From NCBI GenBank assembly GCA_964016885.1, contig OZ024740.1, positions 36,518,001-36,582,000 of the forward strand: a DNA stretch of 64,000 nt, read 5' to 3'. The stretch's first letter is position 1; each line of letters starts with the position of its first letter. The DNA comes from Eledone cirrhosa. Lineage: Eukaryota. The translations under genes were made by a program, and so were the position numbers. The notes below the pieces were generated by a model. That model saw only the letters and a program-made list of their open reading frames with translations. It searched no databases and was not told the DNA's origin. Positions 1-14,425 of this stretch are shown here, piece after piece.

Positions 1-172
1 ATGTCTATATTAGTTGACTATAATATTTTGACGGTAACAGTGAAGACATCACAGATTTAAATGTCTATACTGGTTGACCATAATATTTTGACGGTAACAA
101 CGAAAACATTAAGGATCTAAATGTCTATATTAGTTGACCATAATATTTTGACGGTAACAATGAAGACATTAA

Positions 173-495
173 CCCTTTAGCAATCCCGCCGAGGTTAACT
201 TTGCCGTTCATCCTTACGGGGTCGATAAAATAAAGTACCAGTAATGTACTGGTTAATTTGCTGGCCTTGTGCCAATAGTAGAAACAATTATTGTATAGTT
301 ACTATTGTATTTTCACAGTAAAGACTTTATTTTACATAATCATCTATGTAATATCAAATCTACGAGATTTTGATGTCACGTGCTTTGAGAACAATACCTT
401 AATATAGGCATGAGCAGCCAGTTACGGCTAGTTTGAACAGAAAGAGGTGAGAGAATGAATTCTGGCCAGATATGGCTGGTTTAAATGCTGAAGGG
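173..495. mobile_element. piggyBac-like non-autonomous element (MITE)
   Basis: TTAA at 169-172 and 496-499 (target duplication); termini CCCTTTAGCA...TGCTGAAGGG are inverted repeats. Confidence 0.75.
183..292 (+). mobile_element. SINE 3' fragment nested in the MITE
   Basis: CCGCCGAGGTTAACTTTGCC...GGGGTCGATAAAATAAAGTACCAG...TTGCTGGCCTTGTGCC matches the reverse complement of the copies at 32115-32525. Confidence 0.75.
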
Positions 496-1066
496 TTAAA
501 GATTTAAATGTCTATACTAGTTGACCATAATATTTTGACGGTAACAGTGAAAAAATCGCGGATTTAAATGTCTATATTAGTTGACCATAATATTTTGACG
601 GTAACAATGAAGACATTAAAGATTTAAATGTCTATATTAGTTGACCATAATATTTTGACGGTCACAATGAAGACATTAAGGATTTAAATGTCTATATTAG
701 TTAACCATAATATTTTGACGGTAACAGTGAAAACATCACGGATTTAAATGTCTATATTATTTGATCATAATCTTTGACGGTAACAATGAAGACATTAAGG
801 ACATTAAAATTTTCAAGCTGTGTCAAGTAAACGCCATTTTATTTGTCCATCTATTCTGATCAATCAATTTAGAATTTAACAGATAAAATAAGAGCGACGA
901 AAATAGGTTTATGGTTTAGGAAAGCCACGGAAATTAATCAGATCCGCCCAATGTATCATTCTCAATAAAGATACTGCAATGATCTTAAATTAGAGTCATT
1001 TCAAGGCTGTTGCTGTGTTGAATCTAAAGCTTTCTTTGTTGAAGGAAAATTTATGGTAAGAGGAGG

Positions 1067-1720
<654 letters not shown>

Positions 1721-1899
1721 ATCAACGAGAATAACACAGTCTTCGTTGCCATCACCACCAACTTCATCAGTCGTCATCCCAATCATGATCACCATGACGA
1801 CTCCATCTACAACATACTCAGAACCATCGTCCTCCCCCTCATCTTTAAAAATAACAACACCAATAACACTAACATTGCCGTTAACAACACTTCAACATC

Positions 1900-4800
1900 A
1901 GTACCATCGCTACCACCGCCACCACCATCTCTACCACTAGCATTACCACCGCCACCACCATCGCTACCACTAGCACTACCACCGCCACCACCATCGCTAC
2001 CACTAGCACTACCATCGCCACCACCATCGCTACCACTAGTACTACCGCCGCCACCACCATCTCTACCACTAGTACTACCACCGCCAACACCATCTCTACC
2101 ACTAGCATTACCACCGCCACCACCATCGCTACCACTGGTACTACCACCGCCACCACCATCTCTACCACTAGTACTACCACCGCCACCACCATCTCTACCA
2201 CTAGTACTACCACCGCCACCACCATCTCTACCACTAGTACTACCACCGCCACCACCATCGCTACCACTAGTACTACCACCGCCACCACCATCTCTACCAC
2301 TAGTACTACCACCGCCAACACCATCTCTACCACTAGCATTACCACCGCCACCACCATCGCTACCACTGGTACTACCACCGCCACCACCATCTCTACCACT
2401 AGTACTACCACCGCCACCACCATCTCTACCACTAGTACTACCACCGCCACCACCATCTCTACCACTAGTACTACCACCGCCACCACCATCTCTACCACTA
2501 GCATTACCACCGCCACCACCATCGCTACCACTAGTACTACCACCGCCACCACCATCTCTACCACTAGTACTACCACCGCCACCACCATCGGTACCACTAG
2601 TACTACCACCGCCACCACCATCTCTACCACTAGTACTACCACCGCCACCACCATCGCTACCACTAGCATTACCACCGCCACCTCCATCGCTACCACTAGT
2701 ACTACCACCGCCACCACCATCTCTACCACTAGCACTACCACATCCACCACCATCGCTACCACTAGCACTACCACCGCCACCACCATCGCTACCACTAGTA
2801 CTACCACCGCCACCACCATCTCTACCACTAGTACTACCACCGCCACCACCATCGGTACCACTAGTACTACCACCGCCACCACCATCTCTACCACTAGTAC
2901 TACCACCGCCACCACCATCGCTACCACTAGCATTACCACCGCCACCACCATCGCTACCACTAGTACTACCACCGCCACCACCATCTCTACCACTAGCATT
3001 ACCACCGCCACCACCATCTCTACCACTAGTACTACCACCGCCACCACCATCTCTACCACTAGTACTACCACCGCCACCACCATCGCTACCACTAGCATTA
3101 CCACCGCCACCACCATCGGTACCACTAGTACTACCACATCCACCACCATCGCTACCACTAGTACTACCACCGCCACCACCATCTCTACCACTAGCATTAC
3201 CACCGCCACCACCATCTCTACCACTAGTACTACCACCGCCACCACCATCTCTACCACTAGTACTACCACCGCCACCACCATCGCTACCACTAGCATTACC
3301 ACCGCCACCACCATCGGTATCACTAGTACTACCACATCCACCACCATCGCTACCACTAGCACTACCACCGCCACCACCATCGCTACCACTAGCACTACCA
3401 CCGCCACCACCATCTCAACCACTAGTACTACCACCGCCACCACCATCTCTACCACTAGTACTACCACCGCCACCACCATCTCTACCACTAGTACTACCAC
3501 CGCCACCACCATCTCTACCACTAGTACTACCACCGCCACCACCATCGCTACCACTAGTACTACCACCGCCACCACCATCGCTACCACTAGCACTACTACC
3601 GCCACCACCATCTCTACCACTAGTACTACCACCGCCACCACCATCGCTACCACTAGTACTACCACCGCCACCACCATCTCTACCACTAGTACTACCACCG
3701 CCACCACCATCGCTACCACTAGTACTACCACCGCCACCACCATCTCTACCACTAGTACTACCACCGCCACCACCATCGCTACCACTAGCACTACCACCGC
3801 CACCACCATCTCTACCACTAGCACTACCACCGCCACCACCATCTCTACCACTAGTACTACCACCGCCACCACCATCTCTACCACTAGCACTACTACCGCC
3901 ACCACCATCGCTACCACTAGTACTACCACCGCCACCACCATCTCTACCACTAGTACTACCACCGCCACCACCATCTCTACCACTAGCACTACCACCGCCA
4001 CCACCATCGCTACCACTAGCACTACCACCGCCACCACCATCGCTACCACTAGTACTACCACCGCCACCACCATCGGTACCACTAGTACTACCACCGCCAC
4101 CACCATCTCTACCACTAGTACTACCACCGCCACCACCATCTCTACCACTAGTACTACCACCGCCACCACCATCTCTACCACTAGTACTACCACCGCCACC
4201 ACCATCTCTACCACTAGTACTACCACCGCCACCACCATCGCTACCACTAGCACTACCACCGCCACCACCATCGCTACCACTAGTACTCTTACCGCCACCA
4301 CCATCGCTAACACTAGCACTACCGCCGCCACCACTATCGCTACCACTAGCACTACCACCGCCACCACCATCGCTAACACTAGTACTACCACCGCCACCAC
4401 CATCTCTACCACTAGTACTACCACCGCCACCACCATCGGTACCACTAGTACTACCACATCCACCACCATCGCTACCACTAGCACTACCACCGCCACCACC
4501 ATCGCTACCACTAGTACTACCACCGCCACCACCATCTCTACCACTAGTACTACCACCGCCACCACCATCGCTACCACTAGTACTCTTACCGCCACCACCA
4601 TCGCTACCACTAGTACTACCACCGCCACCACCATCGCTACCACTAGCACTACCACCGCCACCACCATCTCTACCACTAGCACTACCACCGCCACCACCAT
4701 CGCTACCACTAGTACTACCACCGCCACCACCATCGCTACCACTAGTACTCTTACCGCCACCACCATCGCTACCACTAGCACTACCACCGCCACCACCATC

Positions 4801-5310
4801 TCTACCACTAGCACTACCACCGCCACCACCATCGCTACCACTAGTACTACCACCGCCACCACCATCGCTACCACTAGCACTACCACCGCCACCACCATCG
4901 CTACCACTAGCACTACCACCGCCACCACCATCGCTACCACTAGTACTACCACCGCCACCACCATCGCTACCACTAGTACTCTTACCGCCACCACCATCGC
5001 TACCACTAGCACTACCACCGCCACCACCATCTCTACCACTAGTACTCTTACCGCCACCACCATCGCTAACACTAGCACTACCGCCGCCACCACTATCGCT
5101 ACCATTAGCACTACCACCGCCACCACCATCGCTACCACAAGCACTACCACCGCCACCACCATCGCTATCACTAGCACTACTACCGCCACCACCATCACTA
5201 CCACTAGCACTACCACCGCCACCACCATCGCTATCACTAGCATTACCACCGCCACCACCATCGCTACCACAAACACTATAACTGCCACCACCATCGCTAC
5301 CACTAGCACG
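1900..5310. repeat. 30-bp GC-rich minisatellite, about 110 units (CCACCGCCACCACCATC[T/G]CTACCACTAG[T/C]ACTA)
   Basis: Regular 30-nt period with point variants; the edges decay into CCA/CTA trinucleotides. Confidence 0.95.
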
Positions 5311-5723
5311 ACCCCCACCCTTCACCATCACTACATCCATCACTACAACCACCCTACCATCACTACCCCAAGCACTACTACCGCCACCACCACCATTACC
5401 ACTAACACGATCCTCTCTACCATCGCTACTGGGTGCTTTCGTCATGGCAACATCATTGTCTGGTCAGAAAGATAGATAAATAGATAAGTTTCTATTTATT
5501 TGCCACAGGGGCACAAAAGAAGGGGACAAATACAAAGAAGGAAGTTTACATACAATAAAAACGTGTATAATATCACAAATACAATTTAAAAGTTAATCGA
5601 TTTTCCCCAATAGGGGAAGACATTACATATGGGTAACACATACCCCCGAAAAAAATGTGCAACCCTCATCTCCAGGAGTAAGAAGAGTCTGTACCCCTTC
5701 CTCTCCTCCTCTTTTTCCTCAAC

Positions 5724-8568
5724 CTACAAGCTCTTATAGAGAGAAGGCCCATTCACTCGGGCCATTCTCGCCACTTTCACCCACCTTTCATAAAACTTGC
5801 TGGGGTACAGCACCTCTTTATACATCCTGATTCTTCTTCCAAAATGGTATCTGAAAAAAAGAATCAGTTGTTGGCCGGAGAGAAATGTGTCCGATCTCAG
5901 CCCTTTCAAGCTTGTCCACCATACAACCTCTTTCGCCATAGCTATCACACAAAGGAAAACCGCCTCTCCTTCGTTTTTGAAGGAGGGTGGAGGTTTGAGT
6001 GCGTGTTTGCGCATCGTCAGTCACGGCATCCCCAGCCCTCTGTTGGAAGGATGTGGGCAGCAGATGGATCTTCTCACAAAAAGAGCCCACCTCCTCCAAA
6101 GGAATTGGAAGAGCGCGCGCTCCATTTTGGTGAGCGTTTTGGCTGGACAAGGCACGACGGTCAAGTGGTAGTAGATGGCGGACACTATAAAAGTATTCGC
6201 CACCTCCGCTCGACCTTTCAAGGATAGTTTGCACTCGGCCCACTTCTGGGTGAGTGAAAACACCTTGGCCGTCACCTCCTTCCAGTTCTTCTCCACGTGG
6301 AGGTCCGGACCAAACCAGACCCCGAGCATCTTTACCGGTCCTTCCGTCCAGCGTCCGACGACGCCATCGGAAACATCGGTTTTCCTCACCACGATCCGAG
6401 TTGCAAACCGATGGACTTGTCCCGGTTGAGCTTCGCTCCTGTGAACCTTTCGTATTCCTTCAGTAATGTGCCGACTTCCTCGATTTGCAAGGCGCTCGTC
6501 ACCATTACTGGGACGTCGTCGGCGTAGGCCGACGCCGCTTTCCGCAGTCCCGGTTCCAGAGGGATGCCCTACAATAGCTCCAACTTCCGCAGTACTAGCT
6601 CGAGAGTCAGTACATTCAGAAGGAACGAGAGAGGGCATCCCTGTCGAATGGATCGCATGATATGGAACGGCTCCGAGAGGTAGCCGTTCACCTAGACCCT
6701 TGAGCAGATGTTGCTGTTGTGCATTGCAGCAATCCAGCCCTGAACACGGGTCCGAAGCCTGCCGCCTCGAGCACGGCATCCAGGTAACGATGGTCAACCC
6801 TATCGAAAGCGTTAGACTGACCCAAGTTGATCAGGGTCCACCGAAGCCGGGTTTACACCCTACCCTCTCTATGATGTATTGTATCGCATTAGGTGGAGGT
6901 TGTCGTGTATGGAGCTGGTCGGGATTGCGCATGTCTGCGCTTCTCCCACCAGGTTTTCTACGACAAGCGCCAGCCTCTTTGCCAACACCTTGGCCAAAAT
7001 CTGTAACTCTGAGTTTAGCGGAGTTATGGCCCGGAAGTTGCCTATAAATCCCCCTTATTCTCGTCCTTCCTGACTAGTGTGACTAGGCTCCCGGTCACAG
7101 AACTGTTAATTCTCCCGTTCTGCTGCCAATTGCAGTAGACCGCTTCCAGGAGTCCGGCATTGCTACGCAAAATTCGTAGGGTAGACCGTCGAGACCTGGA
7201 GTTTGCGTTTGCTGCATAGGCTCAGCGCGTCCCCTATCTCAGCGGCCGAAATCGGCCTTTCGCAGAACTTCGCCTCGCTGTCCGAGAGTCGCGGTAGGCC
7301 GTCGAGGTATGGACCGAAATCCATAGCCCCTCCCAACGCGCCGCCCTGCCCGAACAGTTGAGCAAAGTGCCGTCGAAAGGCCGCACACATCTGCTTCGGC
7401 TCACGTATCACGCGTCCGTCTTGGTCCTTCAAAGACCGAATCGTGGACTTGTTGCCACTTTTTGCCTCCGTCACTCGGGCCCAGCTAACAGCTTTGGCTC
7501 CCTCGTTTCCCAGAGCACGTATTTTGCTTCTGACAACGCAGCCCTCGTGCTTTGAGCCGAAGAAGTGGTCGAAGGCCGTTTTCGTTGCTAGCACGCTGGC
7601 TACGTTGCCACTTCTAATTGCCTCTTCTACTTTATCTACCAGTTCCTTCTCGGTTCTATTTCTATCTAACGCTAATTCTTTACTAAAAACTAACTTGTCT
7701 AATCTAACTGCCCTCTTGAGAGAGTACCACCATCTGTTGTTGACAATGGCCCCTGTCAAGTGCTGTTTAACTAAAGTGCTAATCCGTCTACTGTACGCTT
7801 TGCATGTCGGTAACGACAAGTTCAGCTTCCAGTAGCCGGGTCCTTGTCTATGGGTTCTATCAAGGTTGACCATGCAGGTCACTAGTTTGTGATCTGAATA
7901 GACAACCATGAACATTTGTGGACAGCTTAACATGTCCCTATCGTTATTTCTAACTAGAACCCTATCTAGGTACGATCTAGATGTTCCGCTGCGATTAGTC
8001 CATGTCCACAGTGGCACATTCGGAAAATCTAGTCGATATCTATCGGCCAGGTCATATCGACCGATTAACTGTTTGAGGCTGTTACACCCCCCTTTATCGG
8101 GACATGCTCCCACATAGTCCCAACGTGCATTTAGGAGTCCATTCCAGTCCCCCACTAAAAGCAAGGCGCGGGACGTTCCCAGAAAAGTCTCTAGACGTTT
8201 GAAGAAGTCTGGCCGCGGTGTCCCGGATGGGGCATATGCGGCAACCAGCCTGAAGGCTCCACCTTCAATACCGTCAACGTCTAGGACCACCAGTCGACCC
8301 TCCGGGTCCAGATGAACCGTCTGTGTTACGAGACCCAGGTGTTTCCGCAGCAAAACGGCCACCCGCCCCAACCCCCCGGCTGACAGAGAGATGCGTAGAT
8401 CTCAAAGTCATCGAAGATGGGGGCCAGCTGTCGCTCGCTGTAGATCCTGGACTCGCAAATGGCTACTACATCCATACTGTGCGACCTGAGGTCGTTTAAG
8501 AGTTTATCCTGTTTCCAGGGCATCCCCAGGCCGCGTACATTCACACATCTAACTCTGATATTGGCCAT
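5724..8568 (-). pseudogene. Copy A ORF2: APE endonuclease + reverse transcriptase, frameshifted, C-terminal zinc-finger region deleted
   Basis: MANIRVRCVNVRGL, VGDWN, YLDRVLV, YSDHKLV, GPGYWKLN (Tx1/L1-type); YADD codons at ~6516-6527; junction at ~5998 skips about 0.57 kb relative to copy D. Confidence 0.88.
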
Positions 8569-8607
8569 GTTGGTTCTGAAAAGTTAAAAAAGAAGAGAAG
8601 AAAACAC

Positions 8608-9400
8608 TCACCTCTTCGTCTCCCGGGGATCAGGCCGCACAATTTCCATGGGGGTGTTAGAGGGGTTGTCTGGGTGGGTGGTGGTTTCCGGCGGGGTGGG
8701 GACGGAGACGGTTGGTGGGGTGGGAGTGTCTGGGGAGTGTGTGTCTGGGGTGAGGGTGGGGAAACTTTTTAAAAGGACGCGGTTAATGGGTTTAAAACAA
8801 GGATTACCCACGTCCTTAGGAAAGTTTTCCTTTAAAGAATTATAGGTGTCCGTAGGGACCCTAATCATCTTTAAATTAGGTTTGTCTACACAGTTCGAAA
8901 AAGTTTTCCCTTCGGTTTTCACCGAATGGTCGTTGGAGATGACCTCCATTAAAGTTTTGTTTTTACTGTTTATGTATGTGTAATGTTCTTGTTGTGTTGC
9001 GGTGGTTTTTGTCTGTTGTTCTTGTGGGAGCTTTCGTTTTATTGTAGGTGTATGTGTTTGGAGTGATGTCGTGGTTTTGTTTTCAGGACGGTGGGGGGGG
9101 GGGGGGTTGTAATGTTTGTGTTGTTTGTTTTGGTGGTAGTATGTTTGTAGTGATGTTTGTTGTTTTTTTTGTTCTTGTGGTGTCTTTTCTTCTTTCTTTT
9201 CGAACGGAGAGGCTCTCCCTCATCGTCACTTGGTGATGATGTGGGAGCCTCGTTCGTTGTGGTGTCTGTGTTATTTGGAGGGGGATGTTTGGGGAGCTGT
9301 TGTGTTTGTGGGTGTTTTTGCAGTGGTTTTAGGTGGAGTGGGGTTGGGTGGGACTGTGGTTGCTGGTTGGTTTTTTGTTCTTGTTTTGGTTATGTTTGCG

Positions 9401-9499
<99 letters not shown>

Positions 9500-10568
9500 G
9501 GTTGTGTTGTTGTTTTGGGTGTTGTCAGTAGTGCCTCTTTTTTGTAGTTAACTGAGGACAGTAAGCCTTCAGGCGACCACTGCTTAAACAGTGGTAACAT
9601 GAAGGCCCCCTACCCTCAACAGAAATGTTTATGTGTGAATTTCCATCTAGAGGCACACGTTGGGGTATTTTAGCTAACCGTTCTGGCCTCATTTGGACCA
9701 GAACTTCCATGCTTGTACCATTGAATGTGCCTTTGGAGGACTTTCCCACCGAAATGATGGTGTCTTCGTCGAAATCGATGAAGCCAGTTAAAATCCACCA
9801 GACGTTTACATTTGGTGCAATGTTCGAAATTTTTATCTTTTGTGTTCTTTTTCCCATATATATGGGGAAAAAGGTGTAAAGGGGGGGGACACAATCGGCG
9901 ATACAGAATATTTTTGTGCTGTCAATTGGTCTCTCGACAACACCGAAATTCTTCCAAAAAGTTTCCCTTTTGGGATGAAGGCAATATCCTTCATGGAATT
10001 CTTCAGAACCAGTTCAATATCGTTTTGGGATAACTGAACTGGTTTTTTCGATACATTTGAAACCGTCCTAAAAATTACTGTTTTTAGAACAGTTTCTCTG
10101 CGTAACTGTTGAGGAGAAGTGATGCTGAAAGCATCACTCACACCAAAAGTTACATACTGTTTTGTATCGCTTAACATTTCCTTAGCATTGGAAATGTCAA
10201 GGGTATGTGAACAGTTCCGTCTTTTGGACGGTTTGAGCAAAGGAAATGTTTTCCTTATTCGTGGAGTTGTTCGTGTTGCTGTTGTTGTTGTTGTTGGTGT
10301 TGTTGTTATCATTTTTGCTGTTGTTGTTCTTGTTGTCATTATTGTTGTTGTTGTTGTTCTTGTTCTTGTTGTTCTGGTTGGTGTTGTTTATATTTTGCAT
10401 GTTATTGGTGTTTGTGTTAGTGTTGATGTTACAATCAATGTCCGACATCGTGTTTTCACAACTGACGACATTTTCGATGTCTTTCATTGAAGTGGTGAGA
10501 GGAGGTGACTGTGAGCTTAACACTCTTACCGCCTCTCCAACACTTTTAGTACTGAACGCAGCGTCCAT
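8608..10568 (-). pseudogene. Copy A ORF1 (gag-like, degenerate CCHC knuckle, poly-Q insert), frameshifted
   Basis: ORF pieces 10197-10580, 9833-10339, 9525-9857 (VEGRGPSCYHCLSSGRLKAYC) and 8608-8949 are homologous to ORF1 of copies B and C. Confidence 0.82.
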
Positions 10569-10792
10569 GACTGAATGCAAGGTTTATTTACAATTTTTTC
10601 ACCGGCGAAATTTTTTCAAAACGAAAATTTCACCCCAGAGAGGGGTGAAGATGACTTGACCCACCGTCTGAAAGTCCAGACGTGGGGTCAAGCTATAAAA
10701 TAGTGTTAAATTTAACAATAAATTTTTGATTTCTTACTTAGAAAATCAACAAAAACTTACCAGCGAACTGACACACGTCTCAAGCAAAACAG

Positions 10793-10809
10793 TAGGTAGA
10801 TAGATAGAT
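10793..10809. repeat. (GATA)n junction between copies B and A
   Basis: TAGGTAGATAGATAGAT. Confidence 0.85.
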
Positions 10810-10963
10810 TTATTTATTTGCCACAAGGGCGCACACGAAAAGGGGACAATGGGGGGAGGAGCACCAGAAATGGGTTGTTTAATACCCCGTCGATAGAACA
10901 ACCCTCAACTCCAGGAGCGTATTGTGCAGGTGCTCCTTTCTTCATTTTGCTCTCTTCTTTAAC

Positions 10964-13900
10964 CTACAGACTTATAAACAGAGAAGGCCCATTCACTCGG
11001 GCCTTTTTTGCCACATTCACCCACCTTTCAGTAAATTTACTGGGGTGCAGTGCCTCTCTCTCCACTCTGATTCTCCTTCTAAAGTGATACTTAAAGAAGG
11101 GAATCAATTGTTGTCCGGAGAGAAAGGCATCTGTCCTCAGTCCTCTCAATCTCGTCCACCATATAACTTCTTTCACCATAGCCACTGTAGAGAGGAAAAC
11201 CGCCTCTCTTTCGTTTTTGAAAGTGCTGGCGGTTTGATCCTTAATATGGACTCGGCAGTCAACTGGATTTGTCCCATACGCGACAGCAGTTGTTCTGCAT
11301 AGTTCCGCAGGTCGGTTACGCCCGGGCAGTGTACAATTGCGTGCAGGACGGTTTCAATGTCCTGCGCGCATCTTGGTCACGTCCTCTTGGAAGGATGCCT
11401 GTAGATATTGTCACGAACTGGTAGAGCTCCTCGGTAGCAGTGCCAGGCCAGGGACCTCTGGTAGTTGTCCATAGGTCCCAAGCGGAAAATCCTACCAAAC
11501 AGACTGGTGAGCTCATCGTCTTCGACGCCCAGAGTCTCTCCGAGCACGTCGTCGCCCTTGTAACCTACAATCCCTCTATAGAATGTCGAAGTGGAGTCTC
11601 CACTGATTGCTGTGCCCGCTTGCCAGGGGACTGTGAGCGCCTGAGCGAATTCATGTGCCAGGCACCCATCGTTTTCGGTCTTTTCTAGACCCAGGACGGC
11701 AGCTCCGTCAGCGAGACGAGCTACGGGAAAGCCTATCTCATAAACGGTGCCCACATCGGTTGGAGGTCGGTGAGGAATACCTGAAGATGCCGCAGCCTCT
11801 GCGCATGTTTGCGCATCATCAGCCACGGCATTCCCAGCCCTCCGTTGGAAGGGTGCTGGCAGCAGACGGATCTTCTCATCAGCGGAGCCTGCTTCTTCCA
11901 CAGAAACTGGAAGAGCATACGTTCCATCTTTGCAAGGTGTTCACGGGGACAAGGCACGACAGTCAAGCGGTAGTAGATGACGGACGCTATGAAAGTGTTC
12001 GCCACCTCCGCTCGACCTTTCAATGACAGTTTGCACTCTGCCTACTTCTGGGTGAGCTCAAACACCTTGGCCGTGACTTCGTTCCAGCTTTTCTCCACCT
12101 GGAGGTCTGGACCGAACCAGACCCCGAGCAATTTTTCCTGTCCGTCCGTCCAGCGTCCAACGACGCTGTCGGACGTCATCAGTTTGCCTCTCCACGTACC
12201 GAGTTGCAAACCGACAGACTTGTCCGGGTTTAGTTTTGCTCCCGTCAGCGTTTCGTATTCTTTCAGTAAGTTGCCGATCACCCCGTTTTCCGAGGTGCTT
12301 GACACCATTACCGTCACGTCGTCGGCATAAGCCGACGCCGCTTTGCGCAGTCCCGGTTCTAGAGGGATGCCCTGCAACAGGTCCAATTTCCGCAGTAGTG
12401 GCTCTAGAGTCAATACATACAGAATGGAGGAGAGAGGGCACCCCTGTCGAATGGAACGCGTGATTGCGAACGGCTCCGATAGGTAGCCGTTCACCTTGAC
12501 CCTCGAGCAGATGCTGGTGTGCATCGCCGCGATCCAATCTCTGAAAACGGGACCGAAACCGGCCGCCTTGAGAACCGCTTCCAAGTATCGATGGTCGACC
12601 CTATCGAATGCCTTAGACTGATCCAAATTGATCAGAGCCCCACCGAAGCCGGGTTTACTACCCACCCTCTCTATGATGTATCGCATGAGGGGGAGGTTGT
12701 CGTGTATGGACCTGGTTGGGATTGCACACGTTTGCGCTTTCCCTACCAGGTTCTCGACGACAAGCGCCAACCTCGTCGCTGGCACCTTGGCCAAAATCTG
12801 TTGAGCAGAGTTATGGGCCTGAAGTTGTTAATTTCGTCCCCCTTGTTCTCGTCTTTCTTGATCAGCGTTACTACGCCCTTGCCTGCAGAAATGGGAATTC
12901 CCCCGTTCTGCTGCCAATTGCAGTAGACGGCTTCGAGGACGCCAGAGAACAACTCCGGCATGTCTATGTAAAACTCATAGGGTAGAGCATCTAGACCGGG
13001 TGACTTGCGTTTCCCGCAGCGGCCCAGAGCGTCCCGTATCTCAGTGTCCGTGATCGGTCTTTCGCAGAACTCGGCGTCCGTGTTCGAGAGACGCGGCAGG
13101 CCGTCGAGGTATGAACTAAAGTCCATTGCCCCGTTTGGCTCACCGTCGTTCTGCTCAAACAGTCGCGCAAAGTGCTGCTGAAAGGCCGCGCACATTTGCT
13201 TGGCGTTAAGTAACACGCGTCCGTTTTGGTCTTTCAATGACCGAATCGTGGACTTGTTGCCACTTTTTGCCTCCGCTACTCGGGCCCAGCTGACAGCTTT
13301 CGCTCCTTCGTTTCCTAGAGCACGTGTTTTGCTTCTGACCACGCAGCCTTCGTGTTTCGCATCGAAGAACTGGTCCAGTGCCGTTCTCGACGCTAACACT
13401 CTAGCCGCGTTGCCACTTCTAAGTGCCTCCTCTACCTTGGCTACTAGTTCTCTTTCTATTTTGTTTTTCTCTAAGGCTAACTCTCTGCTAAACCCTATCG
13501 ATTCTACTCTAATCGCTTTCTTAAGAGAGTACCACCATCTATTGTTGACGATGTCTCCCGTTAACTGTTGCTTGACTAGTCTACTTATCCGTTCACTGTA
13601 AGCTTTACGTGCCGGCAACGACACGTTCAGCTTCCAGTATCCGGGTCCTTGTCTATGTGTTCTGTCACGGTTAACTATGCAGACGACTAATTTGTGATCT
13701 GAATAGGGAACAATGTGCTTTCGTGGACAGCTTAACAACTCCTTGTCCCTTTCTCTAAGGAAGAACCTATCTAAATACGATCTAGATGTCCCGCTGCGGT
13801 TTGCCCACGTCCACTGTGGTGCAGTCGGGAAATCCAGTCGATTCCTATCGGCCAGTTGGAATTGGCCGATTAAAGTTTTGAGGCTGTTGCACCTCCCTCT

Positions 13901-14384
13901 ACTGGGTCATGCTCCCACATAGTCCCATCGTGCATCTAGGATATCATTACAGTCCCCCACTAAAAGTAAGGAGCGAGACGTTCCCAGAAAAAAACTCTAG
14001 ACGCTTAAAGAAGTCTGGCCGTGATTGCGATTGCCCGGTCGGGGCATAAACGCCCAACAGTCTGAAGGCTCCACCTCCAATACTGTTCACGTCTAGGACT
14101 ACCAGTCTACCCACCGGGTCCAAGTGTACTTGCTGTGCTTCGGCGTCCAGTTTCTTCCGAAACATGACAGCCACTCCTCCTCCTCCACCTCCTGGCTGAC
14201 AGAGAGATGCGTAGATCTCAAAGTTGTCGAAGATGGGGCTTAGCTGCTGCCTGTTGTGGATCCTGGACTCGGTGATGGCTATCACATCCATACCGTGTGA
14301 CCTAAGGTCGTTTAAAAGTTGGCCCTGTTTCCAGGGCATCCCTAGGCCACGCACATTCACGCTTCCGACTCGTAAACTAGCCAT
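10964..14384 (-). pseudogene. Copy B ORF2 APE-RT, frameshifted
   Basis: MASLRVGSVNVRGL, YSDHKLV, NFRPITLLN, LDQSKAFDRV, RQGCPLS, YADD across ORF fragments. Confidence 0.88.
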
Positions 14385-14425
14385 GTTGGTGGAGAAGAGT
14401 TGGCGAAAAGGACAAAAAGGTGCAC

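Larger units (their letters stand above)
1..805. repeat. ~60-bp tandem minisatellite (GATTTAAATGTCTATATTAGTTGACCATAATATTTTGACGGTAACAATGAAGACATTAAG-like), interrupted at 169-499
   Basis: About 3 units at 1-170 and about 5 units at 500-800; the register resumes after the insertion. Confidence 0.9.
5470..10792 (-). mobile_element. Tx1/L1-clade non-LTR retrotransposon copy A (both ends present, decayed, internally deleted)
   Basis: 5' UTR, ORF1 with zinc knuckle, ORF2 APE+RT, 3' UTR with AATAAA (plus-strand TTTATT at 5495-5500) followed by a degenerate (ATCT)n. Confidence 0.9.

Noticed and set aside
1-805. CRISPR-like array
   Set aside because: Units are contiguous with no unique spacers; no cas genes; eukaryotic context
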